Below are positions 1 through 16,502 of a stretch of DNA of 64,000 bases, in pieces. The notes below the pieces were generated by a model, which saw nothing but the letters and a program-made list of their open reading frames with translations, searched no databases and was not told the DNA's origin. Each line of letters opens with the position of its first letter. Position 1 is the stretch's first letter. The stretch spans positions 310,001-374,000 of the forward strand of contig JALMLS010000612.1 in the NCBI GenBank assembly GCA_038496445.1. The letters run 5' to 3'. The translations under genes were made by a program, and so were the position numbers. This DNA is from Trichosphaerium sp. ATCC 40318. Lineage: Eukaryota; Protista; Tubulinea.

Positions 1-405
1 CTACCCACGTGAAGAAAAGTCAGTGCTCATTCTGGGAGACAGCTTCAGATACTCCGAAAAATGAATCAGTACTATCCCTTAGTACAAGCGAATCACAAAA
101 TGCTCTGTGCCTATAGCCACATTCTACCAAAAGCAAATTAAGTTTAAGGTGGTTTGAGGCGAGTAAAAACGCCTCAAAGATTATCGAAATCCTGTAATGG
201 TATCATATCATTGGAGCCCTTCTACAAAAAAATAGCTAATGGTTTTTGCTAGCAAAAACTCACGAAACAGTCTCAAAACCGCTGCTGCCCTCTATCCAGT
301 AACAGGTCTTGAGTCTCAACAAGACATCACGAAATAATTCGTAACCTTATCAACTTTTGACAAGTAAGTTTATTTTATGTTTACAGTACAACTTCTCATT
401 CTTTT

Positions 406-2443
406 TCAAACTGAATCTTCTAATTGTACTTCATTAGAAGTCATAAAAGAATCTGGGCTAAAAGGTGCATCAGACTGCATATTATCAGTTTCACCTCCAA
501 CATCCTCCATCTATTTCACCTCTTAGTAAAAAAAAGAAGAAAACTATTTGCACTGCACAAAACAGTTTAAAGTATACGTACCTCCAATGTATTGTCTCCG
601 CCTGTATAATCATCAGCTCTAAATGGAATTGGAGCAGTAATAGTAAGAACAAACATCATATAGACATTAAGAATGACTAAAGAAGAGCAATAAAACCCAT
701 GAGCAAGTTGACCCCAAATATGCCTAGGATTATTCCTAATCCGTAAGTACGCTAATAAAAACGCAAAAACAATTGCGATTATCAACACAAGATGAGCCAT
801 ATAGAGCTCAACCACTTTAAGCATACGATAGCCATGCGAAGATGAAATAACAGCCTCAGTGAGACGAGCAATAGCATGTGCAATCATCAACACAATAAGT
901 ATTGCACAAGTAACGCCAAGACCCTTAAAAGAAAAACACATTAATTTTCAAAATCACGTGCACCAAGCTGAAAATGTTTCGATTAAAATAACGTACAAAG
1001 AATAATGGAACCTCCACAGAGAGCTTGTATTGAATAAAAAACGGATATATAACAGCAAGACCAACAGGAAGTAAGATGAACGGCAATATTATTTTAGGAA
1101 CATAAAATCTAAGCCATGGGCGATCCTCTGGTGACTAATATGGATCAGTATAAATAGTAAAAGTGGTTAAAGAGTAGTAGTTTTGTACTGTGCCAAAGCC
1201 ATGTGCGTGAAGTATGAACACAAATAATAAGTAGACCAAAAATAGCCAAACTGGAATTGCATTAAATATGTCAAAGATTTCCACCTCGCCAATAGACCAT
1301 ACAAAAGGAACTATTTCTTTGATAAGTAACTATAGTATTGACCAAACTGAATAAAATACGCACAGTTGACAAACGGGAGCAAAATTGCAAGAGGGAGTAA
1401 AGTCCTTGAACAGCATTAAAAATACTTGTCAAAAAAGTTATAAATAACAGTAACATACATTTGTGTCCACATGTCGACGTTCTTCAACTTCAATTTTGTG
1501 TAGGCACTCATTGCTATATATGCAACAAGGAAAATAATACTTACAATAAATAAAGGTATTTGTGCCGGCGAAATACCATCGACAAGTGACGTATCAATGG
1601 TTTGTATAACAAATCTCATAGCACTAACTTGTGAGTATAAAACTTTGTTTTCTTCCTCAGGAAAGGCTACATTAAGTGTAATATCAGAATGGGACCAAGG
1701 TAATGGTAGTTCGTCCTATAGAATAAACATGTTAACAACCAACAAAATTCACGTGTAATGGTATAAAAATGGAGACAAGTTTTTTTTTTTGAGTTAACAG
1801 TTTTTTGCTTTTTGAAGAAAACGTTTCGGTTTAGGACTTACAATTGTGAAGACGCATGAAGGGTGTCCGGTAATCTCTGTCCTCTCAACACAGTATAGTT
1901 TACGAGTAATTCTTGAGTCTACAAGGCGGTCTGGTGTACGTTTTGTTAGAGATTGCTTTCCAGTGATAAGAAGATCGAAAGTGACTTCGTATGTGCCATA
2001 GTCTTAACGAGGTGGTTAGTATTGAGCCATATTAGAAAATGCAACAAAAAGCGGTTTCTTTCATTACTTTTTGCGTCAGAGTCATCAGATATGCAACGTA
2101 TTAGCAACGCTTCGTTTCTTTGTTTGATTAGGTTGGTTTTACTGATTGTTGTGACCTATTTCGGTTATTCGTTGCAAAGTAGTGTCAAAGCGTACATTTG
2201 CGAATAAACTGCGTGGAAGATAAACTTCGGGCTCAAATACTTTCCAGAAGTTTGGAGCGTCACCATCTGTTAAATAAAGCTTAGTAACGTATGTAACATA
2301 GATAATTTACCTTTCAATTGGCAACTAATAGTAGTACCAATGAGAATTGCCAAAAATAAAGCGTAAATGATGCCGAAAGCTACCATCTTGCATCTTTCTA
2401 GCGAATGGAGCCATTTGAAGGTTGTAGAGGGTGAAACCGCCAT
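406..2443 (-). CDS. TMEM181: TMEM181/GPR178-like (Wntless-related) multi-pass membrane protein, multi-exon
   Basis: Spliced minus-strand exons give an N-terminal TM (WLHSLERCKMVAFGIIYALFLAILIG), a luminal domain and then several TMs. WLRFYVPKIYI and FYCSSLVILNVYMMFVLTITAP resemble the TMEM181 motifs TFYLPK and FYGLLNFYLYTLAFVYSP. Acidic tail, TGA at 406-408. Start uncertain. Confidence 0.55.
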
Positions 2444-2606
2444 CAGGGAGATAGTTTGAATCGTCTGGTTAAGGGAGGCAAAAGTATGACTTATCAACAC
2501 AATTTTGAAGCGTCATTCACAACTGCGTCGTCCTGATTCTAAGGCGAATGGAGGCACTTTCATTTGTACAATTTGGAAGTTTTATTTTTTTTTGTGGTTT
2601 GTTGCG

Positions 2607-6587
<3,981 letters not shown>

Positions 6588-6688
6588 CACACTTTTAATT
6601 TGACTCAATCTGACCTAGCGCTTTTTTCAGCACCAGAATAAAGTTCAAGGAATAATAGAATTCGCCCGTTACTCCAACAACAAAAGCG

Positions 6689-7759
6689 ATGACAGCTGAA
6701 CCTTTACGAAACCCCTTCTTGGACAGTACGCAAAGTTTGCCCGCTATGAAGTTCGGCTAATAGTGCAGCTACGCCATACGCTGCGAATAATGGCCGCCAA
6801 CAAAGGCTCCTTGAAGATAGAGACGAAACTATAAAAGCACAAGCTACGCGCATACAATACCTTGAAGGATTACTCGAGAAGGTACGCTCTGCCGCATTCA
6901 TAGACTATTTTATGTCAGTGTACCGAATTGTTGGTGTACAAAACTTTTATCATAAAAACGGACTTTCCTGATGGTAGCATTGCGTATTAACACCATTCAT
7001 AGCATGGTATCGAATTTGATCATCCACCTTTGATACAAGTCGATTTAAAAAAGAGTAAGAGTGATACTTCCATACGCCAACCCAAGCCACAATCATCAGG
7101 ACGCAAAGGGTAAACTTACTATTTCTATTTTGAACTTGTCCTTTCAATAACGTTTGTTTTCTGCAGCGATAAGAAAAAGAGACGCCGTAGTGCTAAAAGC
7201 GCGCGTACAAAAGTCACATCACCAAATAAGCCAAAAAGCCCAAGGCAAGCAGATATCGATTGGCGTTGCTATTACTGTGATACAGAGATGGAACCAAACA
7301 GTACGCGTCACTTTTAATCTTTTCCAAACGAGTGCAACGCTTTTTTTTGATTTTTTTATTTCTTATTCTTCTTGATAGCTGGTAAGAAAGTTGGGCGAAT
7401 TGTATGCCATAAAGAATGCTGGAAATGTAGAAAATGTAGTTTGTCTTTTGATTTTAGTTTATACTACCTTGATGCGCCTTCAAAGTCTCTATACTGTGGA
7501 GATTGCTTTAACAAGGTATGAGGAGATGCACTCGTCCTTCTTAACGCATTTTTAACCCATGGTTTTCACTAACTTTTATTTTTCTCCATTTTAGGTTTCT
7601 AAAACAGCTCATGTCGATGCTTCAAAGGATCTACCAGTACCAGATATGCCATTTACACGCAAGAGCTTAGATACAAAACGCTACGAACTAAAGAAAAAGA
7701 GAAAATCAGAAAAGAAAATGCGTAAAAAAATGATGGCGAGAAAAAGCATGGATGTATGA
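6689..7759 (+). CDS. LIM-domain protein with N-terminal coiled coil, 6 exons
   Basis: Spliced product contains CYYC...HKECWKCRKC...CGDC (LIM zinc-binding pattern), a coiled-coil exon RLLEDRDETIKAQATRIQYLEGLLEK, and GT-AG introns that keep frame. Not visible in the ORF track. Confidence 0.75.
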
Positions 7760-8089
7760 TTTATGTACCTTGTTATTGCCCTTCTCAGATCCTTCAATGA
7801 GTGTATGTGTAGACTCACTGTAAACCAATACTTGTAATTATTACCTGCGTTCTTCTTGAAAAACTGAGAATAAGCTATTTATTGGCGTATCTGTGGCTCA
7901 CATCAAAACAACAGTTAGTATGTACATTAATCAAAAGGGAGACCATTTGACACGTGAAGCTGATTAAGCCACATCACATTTGACGTAGTTTTGCTGAATG
8001 TTGTTAATACGTTTCTTGCCGCCATAATTCTGCTAGTATCAACGTAGCTACTTACGAATTAGTGCGTTTTATTAATAAATACCGCAGAA

Positions 8090-10770
8090 ATGGGACAAAG
8101 AGGTTCGTATTTTGTGATTAATGGCTAGAGTGTAACTATGCCTAAGGTTCAGTTCATTTGAATGCAAACGAAGCGTCTATAGAGGCGACAGTTAGTGTAA
8201 GTTTTTCCGGTCTTTGTTCATGTATTTTCAACGATTTACCATGTTATAGGACGCCTTAAAAACTTTTGAGACGTTTTTAAGCCTTACTATGAAAGATGCC
8301 ATAATTCTCCAATTGGAACAAGGACGCGTGGCGTCTACAAAACCTAAAAAGAAGCCTCCTGTGGCTAATGTAAGTTTGGAATTAGTTTGTAAAACTGGCT
8401 AAGTTTAACGATCAAAAGGTGATGTATGCTGAGCGTGTAGCACCTACATTTATAAACGACGATGCAGTACGTTTTTTCACATTACGTCAGAAAAATGACG
8501 TTTACATTATCTAAAAATCGCATTAGTACATTGTATACGCTATATACGTTAACGTCAATGACTCCCATAGCGTTACATACCGGCGGTTTAAAGAATTTCA
8601 ACTTCTACACAAGAGCTTGCCTCCAGATCTCCGAGTACGCGTAAAAATAGCCTAAATAGTATCTCACCATTTACTACAGTCGCTTGCTAAACTTCCAGCG
8701 CCAAGCAGCAAGGTGAACAGCAGTTTTGAGTGTTGAAAGTTGACGGTTTTTGTTACTAGTTTGGCTCAAGGAATTTATCGCGTCCTTTTGTTAGTATGAG
8801 GTTAACAAGCCTGTCTTCGTATTTGGATACTGTATGTAATTACAAAGGGAGCCATGATATAGTTTCAGGATGGTTGGGTTATACACAAGATGAAGATCCT
8901 TTGTTTGGTACATTTATTTTTTTTATAAAGCGATTCAGACGCTAATTGCTTACTCTAGGCACAGCTTTTTCGCTTGTACGTGTTTCCGTAATAGTATAAA
9001 ATACTATTGTAGTATTCCTTATGATTTTAGGCACTAAGATTGACGTTGAATACGCTATCCATACCAAAGAATATTAGGTTTGTTTTTTCTTGATTTCTTA
9101 AGTTTTTTTGGGCCTTGTGACGTTTTAGATAAAATAATACGTTATTAGGTATGATGCTCCTTTAGAAGCACTTAAAGAGATGACAAGCCAACATGTTGTA
9201 AATATGTTTTGGGGAAATTTATCTCCATCACTTGATAACAGAAGTCCAAAATCATCTAAGCACACAATCAAAGAATTTTATTCGAGTACACGTCGGGAGA
9301 CCGATAAACTCACTGAAGATCAATGGCAACAGATAAACGACACAACTTCTGTACGACTGGATACAATATATTTTAGACCAAACTGCTTAGAGTAGTAAAA
9401 ATTCACGAAAACCGTTTCAAAAAACAAGAATATTAACAAGAAATTTTGACTGTTTTTTTGTTGTAGAATCTCTTCGTAAATTTGAAGGATATTGCTGCGG
9501 CTCATAATAGAACGATACTTTCTTCTCTTGAAGTAGCTACAGAATCAGGAATTAAAGTCCTAGAAAAGCCTTTACAACCAATAACTGAAGAACTATCTTT
9601 TTTAACAGAATGTATCTTGGTTGCAACAAAACAGCCTTTACATGCTGTCTTTACAGATGTTGAGGATATGATTCTTAAATTTGGTCAAATTCTAGCTTCT
9701 GGTGTCACTTGTTGGCCTGGTATATCAGTAAACCAAGTACGTCAAAATGTCATTTGAAAAAATGTGACATTCTCAAAATATTCCGGAGTTTTCTTCTTAC
9801 CCCTCCTTTCTTTGTTTTAGATGATTGAGATGATATACGCTTCTTCTCAAAATATGATGAAATCAATAGATAAAGCAGTACAGAGTATTGAACAAGCATC
9901 AGAAGACCTTGCAGATAGGTCAACAATATCACCTATTCAATCAGTTTTATCAAAAGGAACTTTAAGGAAACTATCAACTATACTCGATGCTTTTAAGCAT
10001 GCAACTGATTTAAAGAAACTTATGGGTCCTGTATTATCTATAGCATCACGTATATCTTCTCTCTTTAAATGTAAACCAAAGACAGATGAAGATATACAAA
10101 AAGTACTAAATGGTCTTTCTTCAAATACTCAATCTAGGGTTCAAGATCGTATGGCGTGTGAAAAGTCTATTGAGAATCAAGCTTGGCAGTTATATTTTAG
10201 GATAGATAGGTTACCCCAGCTTCATCCTTCCTTGGCTCAACTGTTACGCGTTTCATTCCAGAAGGTAGGTTTTTTTCCATTTCAAACCGACTTCTTATTG
10301 AACGACTAGATTGCTGTGACGGTTGCTTGTGATTTTCCAACTGCTATTTTAGATGCTCTTAAGGCTAGTTTAAAAGATTGTACAGTAGATCATTGGCATG
10401 TATCACATATAGAAGCTACATTCAAACAAACAATGTTAACAGTTATTAATCGATTCAAAAAAACTCTTTATACAATGTTCAACGAAACAATGCTTTCTGT
10501 CTTGGCACAAGATATTGCTGCAAGCTCAACGGGTATGTAAAGGAAATACAATTTTTTATCACGTGAACACGACATGTTCATTTTTAACTTAACTTTTTCT
10601 CCTTAGAGCACATTTTGGCTATGTTGAAGGATAATGAATTACGAGAGTTGTCTCAAGATGTTGGGCTAGTTTTAAAACCACTGATAGACTCACGCATTGT
10701 AATTAAGCGTTGTATAAAACGCGTAGTGTATAGTACCATTGAAAAAGCTCTAGAAATACATTCGAGTTAA
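8090..10770 (+). CDS. PX-domain protein with a long helical C-terminal region
   Basis: Exons VTYRRFKEFQLLHKSLPP and FGSRNLSRPFVSMRLTSLSSYLD match the PX-domain pattern RR[YF]xEFxxLHxxL...RxxxLxxYL. Downstream exons (9180-10770) are helical. Model approximate. Confidence 0.6.
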
Positions 10771-10991
10771 GAATTCTCAGCACTATTTTTTTTTTGGCTT
10801 GCAATTGAATTCTTGAGAGGTACACGCCTCCTTATGTCAATAGATTCCCGTAACCAAACTGTCACTTACCAACATCCTAACATTCACGACAATGGTAGTA
10901 GGGCTAGCTCAATAACCAGTCAGCACAAGTCAACAAGTCATTTCATTACACGAAAATAGTACAAAAATAAGTTCCTCGATTTTATCACAGA

Positions 10992-11696
10992 ATGGAACCT
11001 ATTGGGTATGTTGAAGACGACACTACGTACTTACCTTCGGAAATATGGGTATAAAAGTACTTTTTGTTTATTCGGTTATCTTATATTTATAACGTTTCTG
11101 TAGTTGCGTATTTTCTATTTTCTATCACCCATTGCCCTTCATAACCACATACGCAACGTATGTAAACGATTCAGACCATTAGTACCAATAGCACTTGCTG
11201 ATCAGGTTAATGTCACCCCAAATCTGCTACGCAGCGATCCATGGACAGATGCACGACGTACGTGTCTTCTACATATGTCTGACTGTAATTCTTACATTAC
11301 AAAAGAAAAAATGGATTTGGCTTGGACACAAGAGGAATGTCCAGGTATTAAAGTTGATTTTTGGCTTTACCATTCGTGGAAATATACTGAAGCTAAGCTG
11401 TTGTAGTACGTCACAATTCTAAGTTGTATAAAAGCTGCCACGTGTTTTTTTACCTCAATGAGAGTCTTTACATTGCTTGCAGTGTGGAGTCAGAACCCAT
11501 GGACATACCAACAGATTATCTCGTCTATGCCAATGCTGAGATTGATCATAAATGGTATGATAGTGATGATCCATTCTATGTAAAGGAATACAAGCCAAAA
11601 GAATGTGAACAGAAGGCAAAAAAATTTATACAGAATTCTGATTATGACGGCTTTATGTGGTGCTCTGCAATTGCCCTGTACACATTGAGTTTATAA
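10992..11696 (+). CDS. F-box protein
   Basis: Spliced MEPIGYVEDDTTYLPSEIW|LRIFYFLSPIALHNHIRNVCKRFR is an F-box motif. Two introns. Confidence 0.75.
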
Positions 11697-12760
11697 TTTG
11701 TCGACCAAGCTTATGGCAACAACATAGGAAAAGGAAAAGATTAGAAGACAACCACGAAGGTGAAAAACATCAAAAACGACAAAAGTCTAAGTGAAATACT
11801 ATTCTTTTTTTTGCAACTTTGTACGTATAACTCAAGGTTAAAAAGCTTTATCACAGACAAAAAAAAGTGCAAACCAAAAATCAGCGGATAATTAACACAA
11901 AGCGCAAGTCTACAATTCTGTTTTTATGTGCCCTTGTACATAGTATTTATAAAAGTGTCATACATTAGGTTTATTGTGCACATATTCTACGTAGCAAAGT
12001 AATAGGGATGATACCACAGCGCGGACAATTGTCTAAAAAGTAGTTTGAAAATTCCATTTTAGTTTTGCATTATTCCATTTCCGAAAACTACAGGAAGATA
12101 ACATCATTTCCACTATTATGCATCTATGTGAATACATATCATTCCTATAAATACAAGTCATGCTCAGGATCCTATAAAAGGAAGTACTTTACTAAAAAAG
12201 GTTAACTTTGTGACAAAGTATCTTTCTGACTACAATTCTGATCTACTCTTTCATTTATTATACATTATAGCTACACTTTACCGACTACCAATTCTAGGTC
12301 TCTTACACTTTGTTTGCTGTACACATTTGTAAAACAAAGTGAAGTTGTTTTCCATAGCTCCTTCCTGGCAGTGGAGGACGTAGACGCTTTGGTAAGGGTT
12401 TAAGTACTCTCAATTTCTTCCCTTTTGATACCCTTTTCAATGCTGGGAACCCACGGAATACGTCAATTTGATGACAATTTCTCGGTACGCACGAATACGT
12501 TCAAGAACAAAAAACAAGTATAGTGCATTCATGCACCCCAAGACAACCGCGCTTTTTATCTAGAAATTAGAACCGCGTTCTTTAATAAAAAAAAATATGA
12601 AATTTCTTCAATGGTGTTGGGTTTTCAGCTTTTACCACAAACCATTTTCAACTAGAAACCACCAATTGGTTTTGATATTCAACATGTGTAAACCGCAAAT
12701 GGAGACGATAGGATAGCAAACTGTTATTTATTAGCATCACATCTTACTTTGTTTGATAAT

Positions 12761-15619
12761 TCAGTTGATGTTAATGTTCCCTTGTTTACTATCACTAGGA
12801 TACCCAGCATTACAAGGGTTGGATGATGTGAAAGCGAACTCGTTCAGTTTAAGAGTGAAGGATGAAGCTGGCAAGTGCTTTTGCTATAGCAAGATGTTAA
12901 TCAAAAAAAAAAAAGCAAGCTATGCAAGTTAGTTCACGTACACCACCGACAACGTTCCACAATGCAGGAATACCAAACATATTGTTGGCATAAGAAACTT
13001 CTGAGATATTAATTTGAGGTTGTCCTGCTGCAGTCCACACACGATATGTTAAGACTTGGTGATTATACCCACCCCTTGATATTGTGCGTACAAATGCAAA
13101 GACTTGTCGGCTGAAGTAGAAAGGTAAGCGCTTTGATTGTGTTGAAAGAAGAGTATGTATTAAAAAAAAAAGACCAAACACGTACAATACTCCGTTTCCG
13201 TCAAGAGCAGAGAACCTTTAAACAACATTAGAATAAAATCCCTAGAAGACAGTATTGCTGCGTACCCAGCGCATTGATATGCAGGGGCAGTAGGACCTGG
13301 GCATTGGGCAGTGTAATTGACTAACAGTCCTTGAGCAATTGATCTCCCGTAAAAGAATATATTTGCATCAGTGTAGGTTTGTCCCTACTTAACATTAGAT
13401 CATGTTTCTAGCAAAAAAAAAAACATACAACTGGTTTGTCAACTTCAAAGAAGTATGCAAGTGGACCGTATGCGTATACTGGTTCGTTGTAAACAATAGA
13501 CAATGCACTTCCAGCTAATCGCTCTCCAACTTGCTTCTTGTATCGTGGATGTAAAGAATCAGTACTTCCAGGGTACCAGTCAGTAAGATCCAAACCACTC
13601 GCAAACCTTGGCAAAAAAAATAAGATACAGTAACAACTATTGATAGAGGCTTTTGATATTTGTACCCAACGTTTGGAAGTTCGCAAGCTTCTCTTTGAGC
13701 AATTCGGAACTGTGGCATTATCCACATAAGATTTTCATCATCGTACGGTACAATGTTCTGGAAAAAGAAAGGGAATTCTGGATTTGTTCCAGAGTTAGCA
13801 CTGAATTCTTGTCTCCATCCCTTAATCATATTTTTGATGAGACAACCGTATTGTGTCTAATATTGTCAGTTCCTAATTTGTCATTTATGATGATACATAC
13901 CGGTTGATAAGCGTTTGACTCCCCTTGATACCACACAGCACCTTTAATCGTCATCTGAATAAAAAATAAGCTTTCTTATCTTGCTTGTAGCGCTACTAAG
14001 TTTACCTTGAATAATGGTGCCATCAAGGTATTGTAGAATGTCGATTGGGGAACGGTTGCAGCATGTGGACACTTGTTTAGTGTAGCCGGAGATACCCAAG
14101 ACTATTAAAGACTTAATTAATACACTACAGTTTTAAATAAACGTACTTCAATAGCAGCACCGTTAACAGCATTATTAATCTAAGAGGGTTTTAGTTTGCC
14201 TCAGAACAAGTTTTGTGAGGGTTGTACGTACCACACCAACAGGTAATTGCGTATGGTGTTGAATCACTCTAGCGAAGTGCCAACATACTGCACTGAATGA
14301 CTGGACCAAGAAATCTGTTCTGTTCACAGCGCTTGGTTTTGACTCAATCCAAGGCATTGAAATATCTTGAAACAATTTTTGTTCCTGGCAAGAAAATGGT
14401 TAGTATCAGAAAAGTGTTGATGACGTATTGACGTACAGATGTATCAATATTAGACGGTGGATATGTTGCTGTAAACAAACGAATATTCGGGTTGGTTGAT
14501 AAAGGGATGAACTGATTACCAGTGAAAGAATATGGCATAATCATTACCATGTTACTTAAGAAACAATAAGGTGAATGTTGGACGACAAAAAAAAAAGTAA
14601 ATCAAAAAACTCACCTTTGTCCACTGCATACGTACACATCACCAAATACAACGTTCTAAACCACAGATGTTATTATCACAGCTAATAAGATAATGTATTC
14701 AATCTCGTACAATAGCAACATCCGTGACTTCATAGGTCTTGCCATTACGTGTGAATGGAGTTGTTGCTTTAAGTCTTGAGAAAAACATAAGATATAAAAG
14801 AACAACATGAGTGATCTTGATACGTACTTGTACTTTTGTGTAGTAGATCCTTGCTTAGCCGGTAACATTACATTCCAAGTTCCCTTTGAGCATAGATTAG
14901 ATTCATAAAAGAAAGTAAAAAAAACATACGTCTGAAGCAGCTGTTGTAGTGTACTTTTCAGTTTTCAAACCCGGCGATTCAAGCGCTAAAGTTATCTGCA
15001 AATACTCTTAGTCGTAAAATATAAGTACTTTGTACGTACGACAGCTCCAGAGTTTGCAACGCCATATATGTTTGCTCTTTCAGGTGCACGTTGAAGAACC
15101 ATGTTGTTAAAAAAAGCAGTAGAGAATAGACGCTAGGTTTACGGTAAGTTAAAAAGATAGGCAAACAATATGTATACGTACACATCCTTCACAAGTGTAT
15201 GAATCTCCACGACATTTTCCCTTAGTAGTTTTATGACACATCTTGTATAATGGTCTAGAACCTCCTGCGATATTGAAGCTTGCAGGTAATTTCGATGCGT
15301 ATAACTGGCCTGTAGGGTCTGCTTTACAATATCTGCAAGCACGAACGACTTTGATTACTTTCTTGACTGTTGGAGTACATTTTTCTGTAGATGTACGGCA
15401 CGTAGAGTCTGTCACATTGAACTGGCATTTTAGGTTGTTGTGACCTTGAAAAGCCTCATTGCAAGCAGCAATATTAAAGTCCAATACGCTGCATTCGTCT
15501 CCGTATAGGTTTAGGGGCCGTTTGAAGCATTTTGTCAACTTATTATGTTGAGCGTATATTACTACAAAGCACAAGATCACTAGGAGTGATATTTGTAAAA
15601 GCTTCTGTTGTTGTACCAT
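12761..15619 (-). CDS. SIAE: Secreted sialate O-acetylesterase (SIAE/SASA, SGNH hydrolase) with an extra N-terminal Cys-rich domain
   Basis: Signal peptide, then NNMVLQRAP, FGDVYVCSGQSNM, FSAVCWHFA, WYQGESN and DSLHPRYKKQVGERLA, which are typical SIAE motifs. Confidence 0.85.
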
Positions 15620-16502
15620 GCGAGTTGTTTTGAAACTTTGATGCTATTTTTATTGTTTTGAAAAGTGTTGAGTTTTCACTTCGTTGGTTGCCTAATTTGG
15701 TCCTACTGCGAAATATTGTTTAATGAAGAATAAACCTTCTGTGTGCTTGTATAGGTGTTCGTTAAAGAGTCTTTTTTTCTTGATTCCTGTTGTGACAAAA
15801 TATTGTAGGCTAAAGCCGCTTTCTATCTATTAATACAATAACTTTCCTTTTTTTTTTATTTTTGAAACACTACTAAGTAAGTAGCTTGCTTTACAATCTT
15901 ATTTTCTACGGTCCTATTAAACATCATGTTTTGAATCTTGTAAAAAAAAAGTCCGAAATAAAAAAAAAGTTGAGAAATGTGTACAACAAACAGGCTTTTG
16001 TTGAAGCATTTTATTGGCGCTGAACTTTAATTTCAGGCGCGAGATGGCGACCTAATATCATTTGTTTAAAGTGTGGGGTTAGCCCAAAATACTTGGGTTT
16101 TTTGTGAAGAAAATCTGCTTAATTCCTACTGTGACAGATTTACAAAAACTCTTACTTACGCTCCAAATATTTATGTATTTGCGCTACGTACCATACTTCC
16201 AAGGTAACACACGAACAATGCTCCAAGGTCTTCATAAAAAAAACAGACGCAATGATCTTTTACATCATTACGCAAGTGACGCTGTAAAGCACCTTGAATA
16301 GCAGTACAATACAAGAATCCGTCAAACTAAAGCTTTAAAACACTAAAATCACAAGAATATTACTGGTAGACACGCTACAACCACTGCAAGTATGTATTGG
16401 ATAAGTTGTTGAAATACATGGTAAAAGGTGTAAAAACATTTGAAATGATTATCAACGTAACGAGGAGGTTGAAATTTTTTTGTATTCTTACAAGGTAAAA
16501 GT

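Noticed and set aside
1-340. Possible 3' end of a plus-strand gene at the window edge
   Set aside because: Too short, with no recognisable motif or determinable frame.
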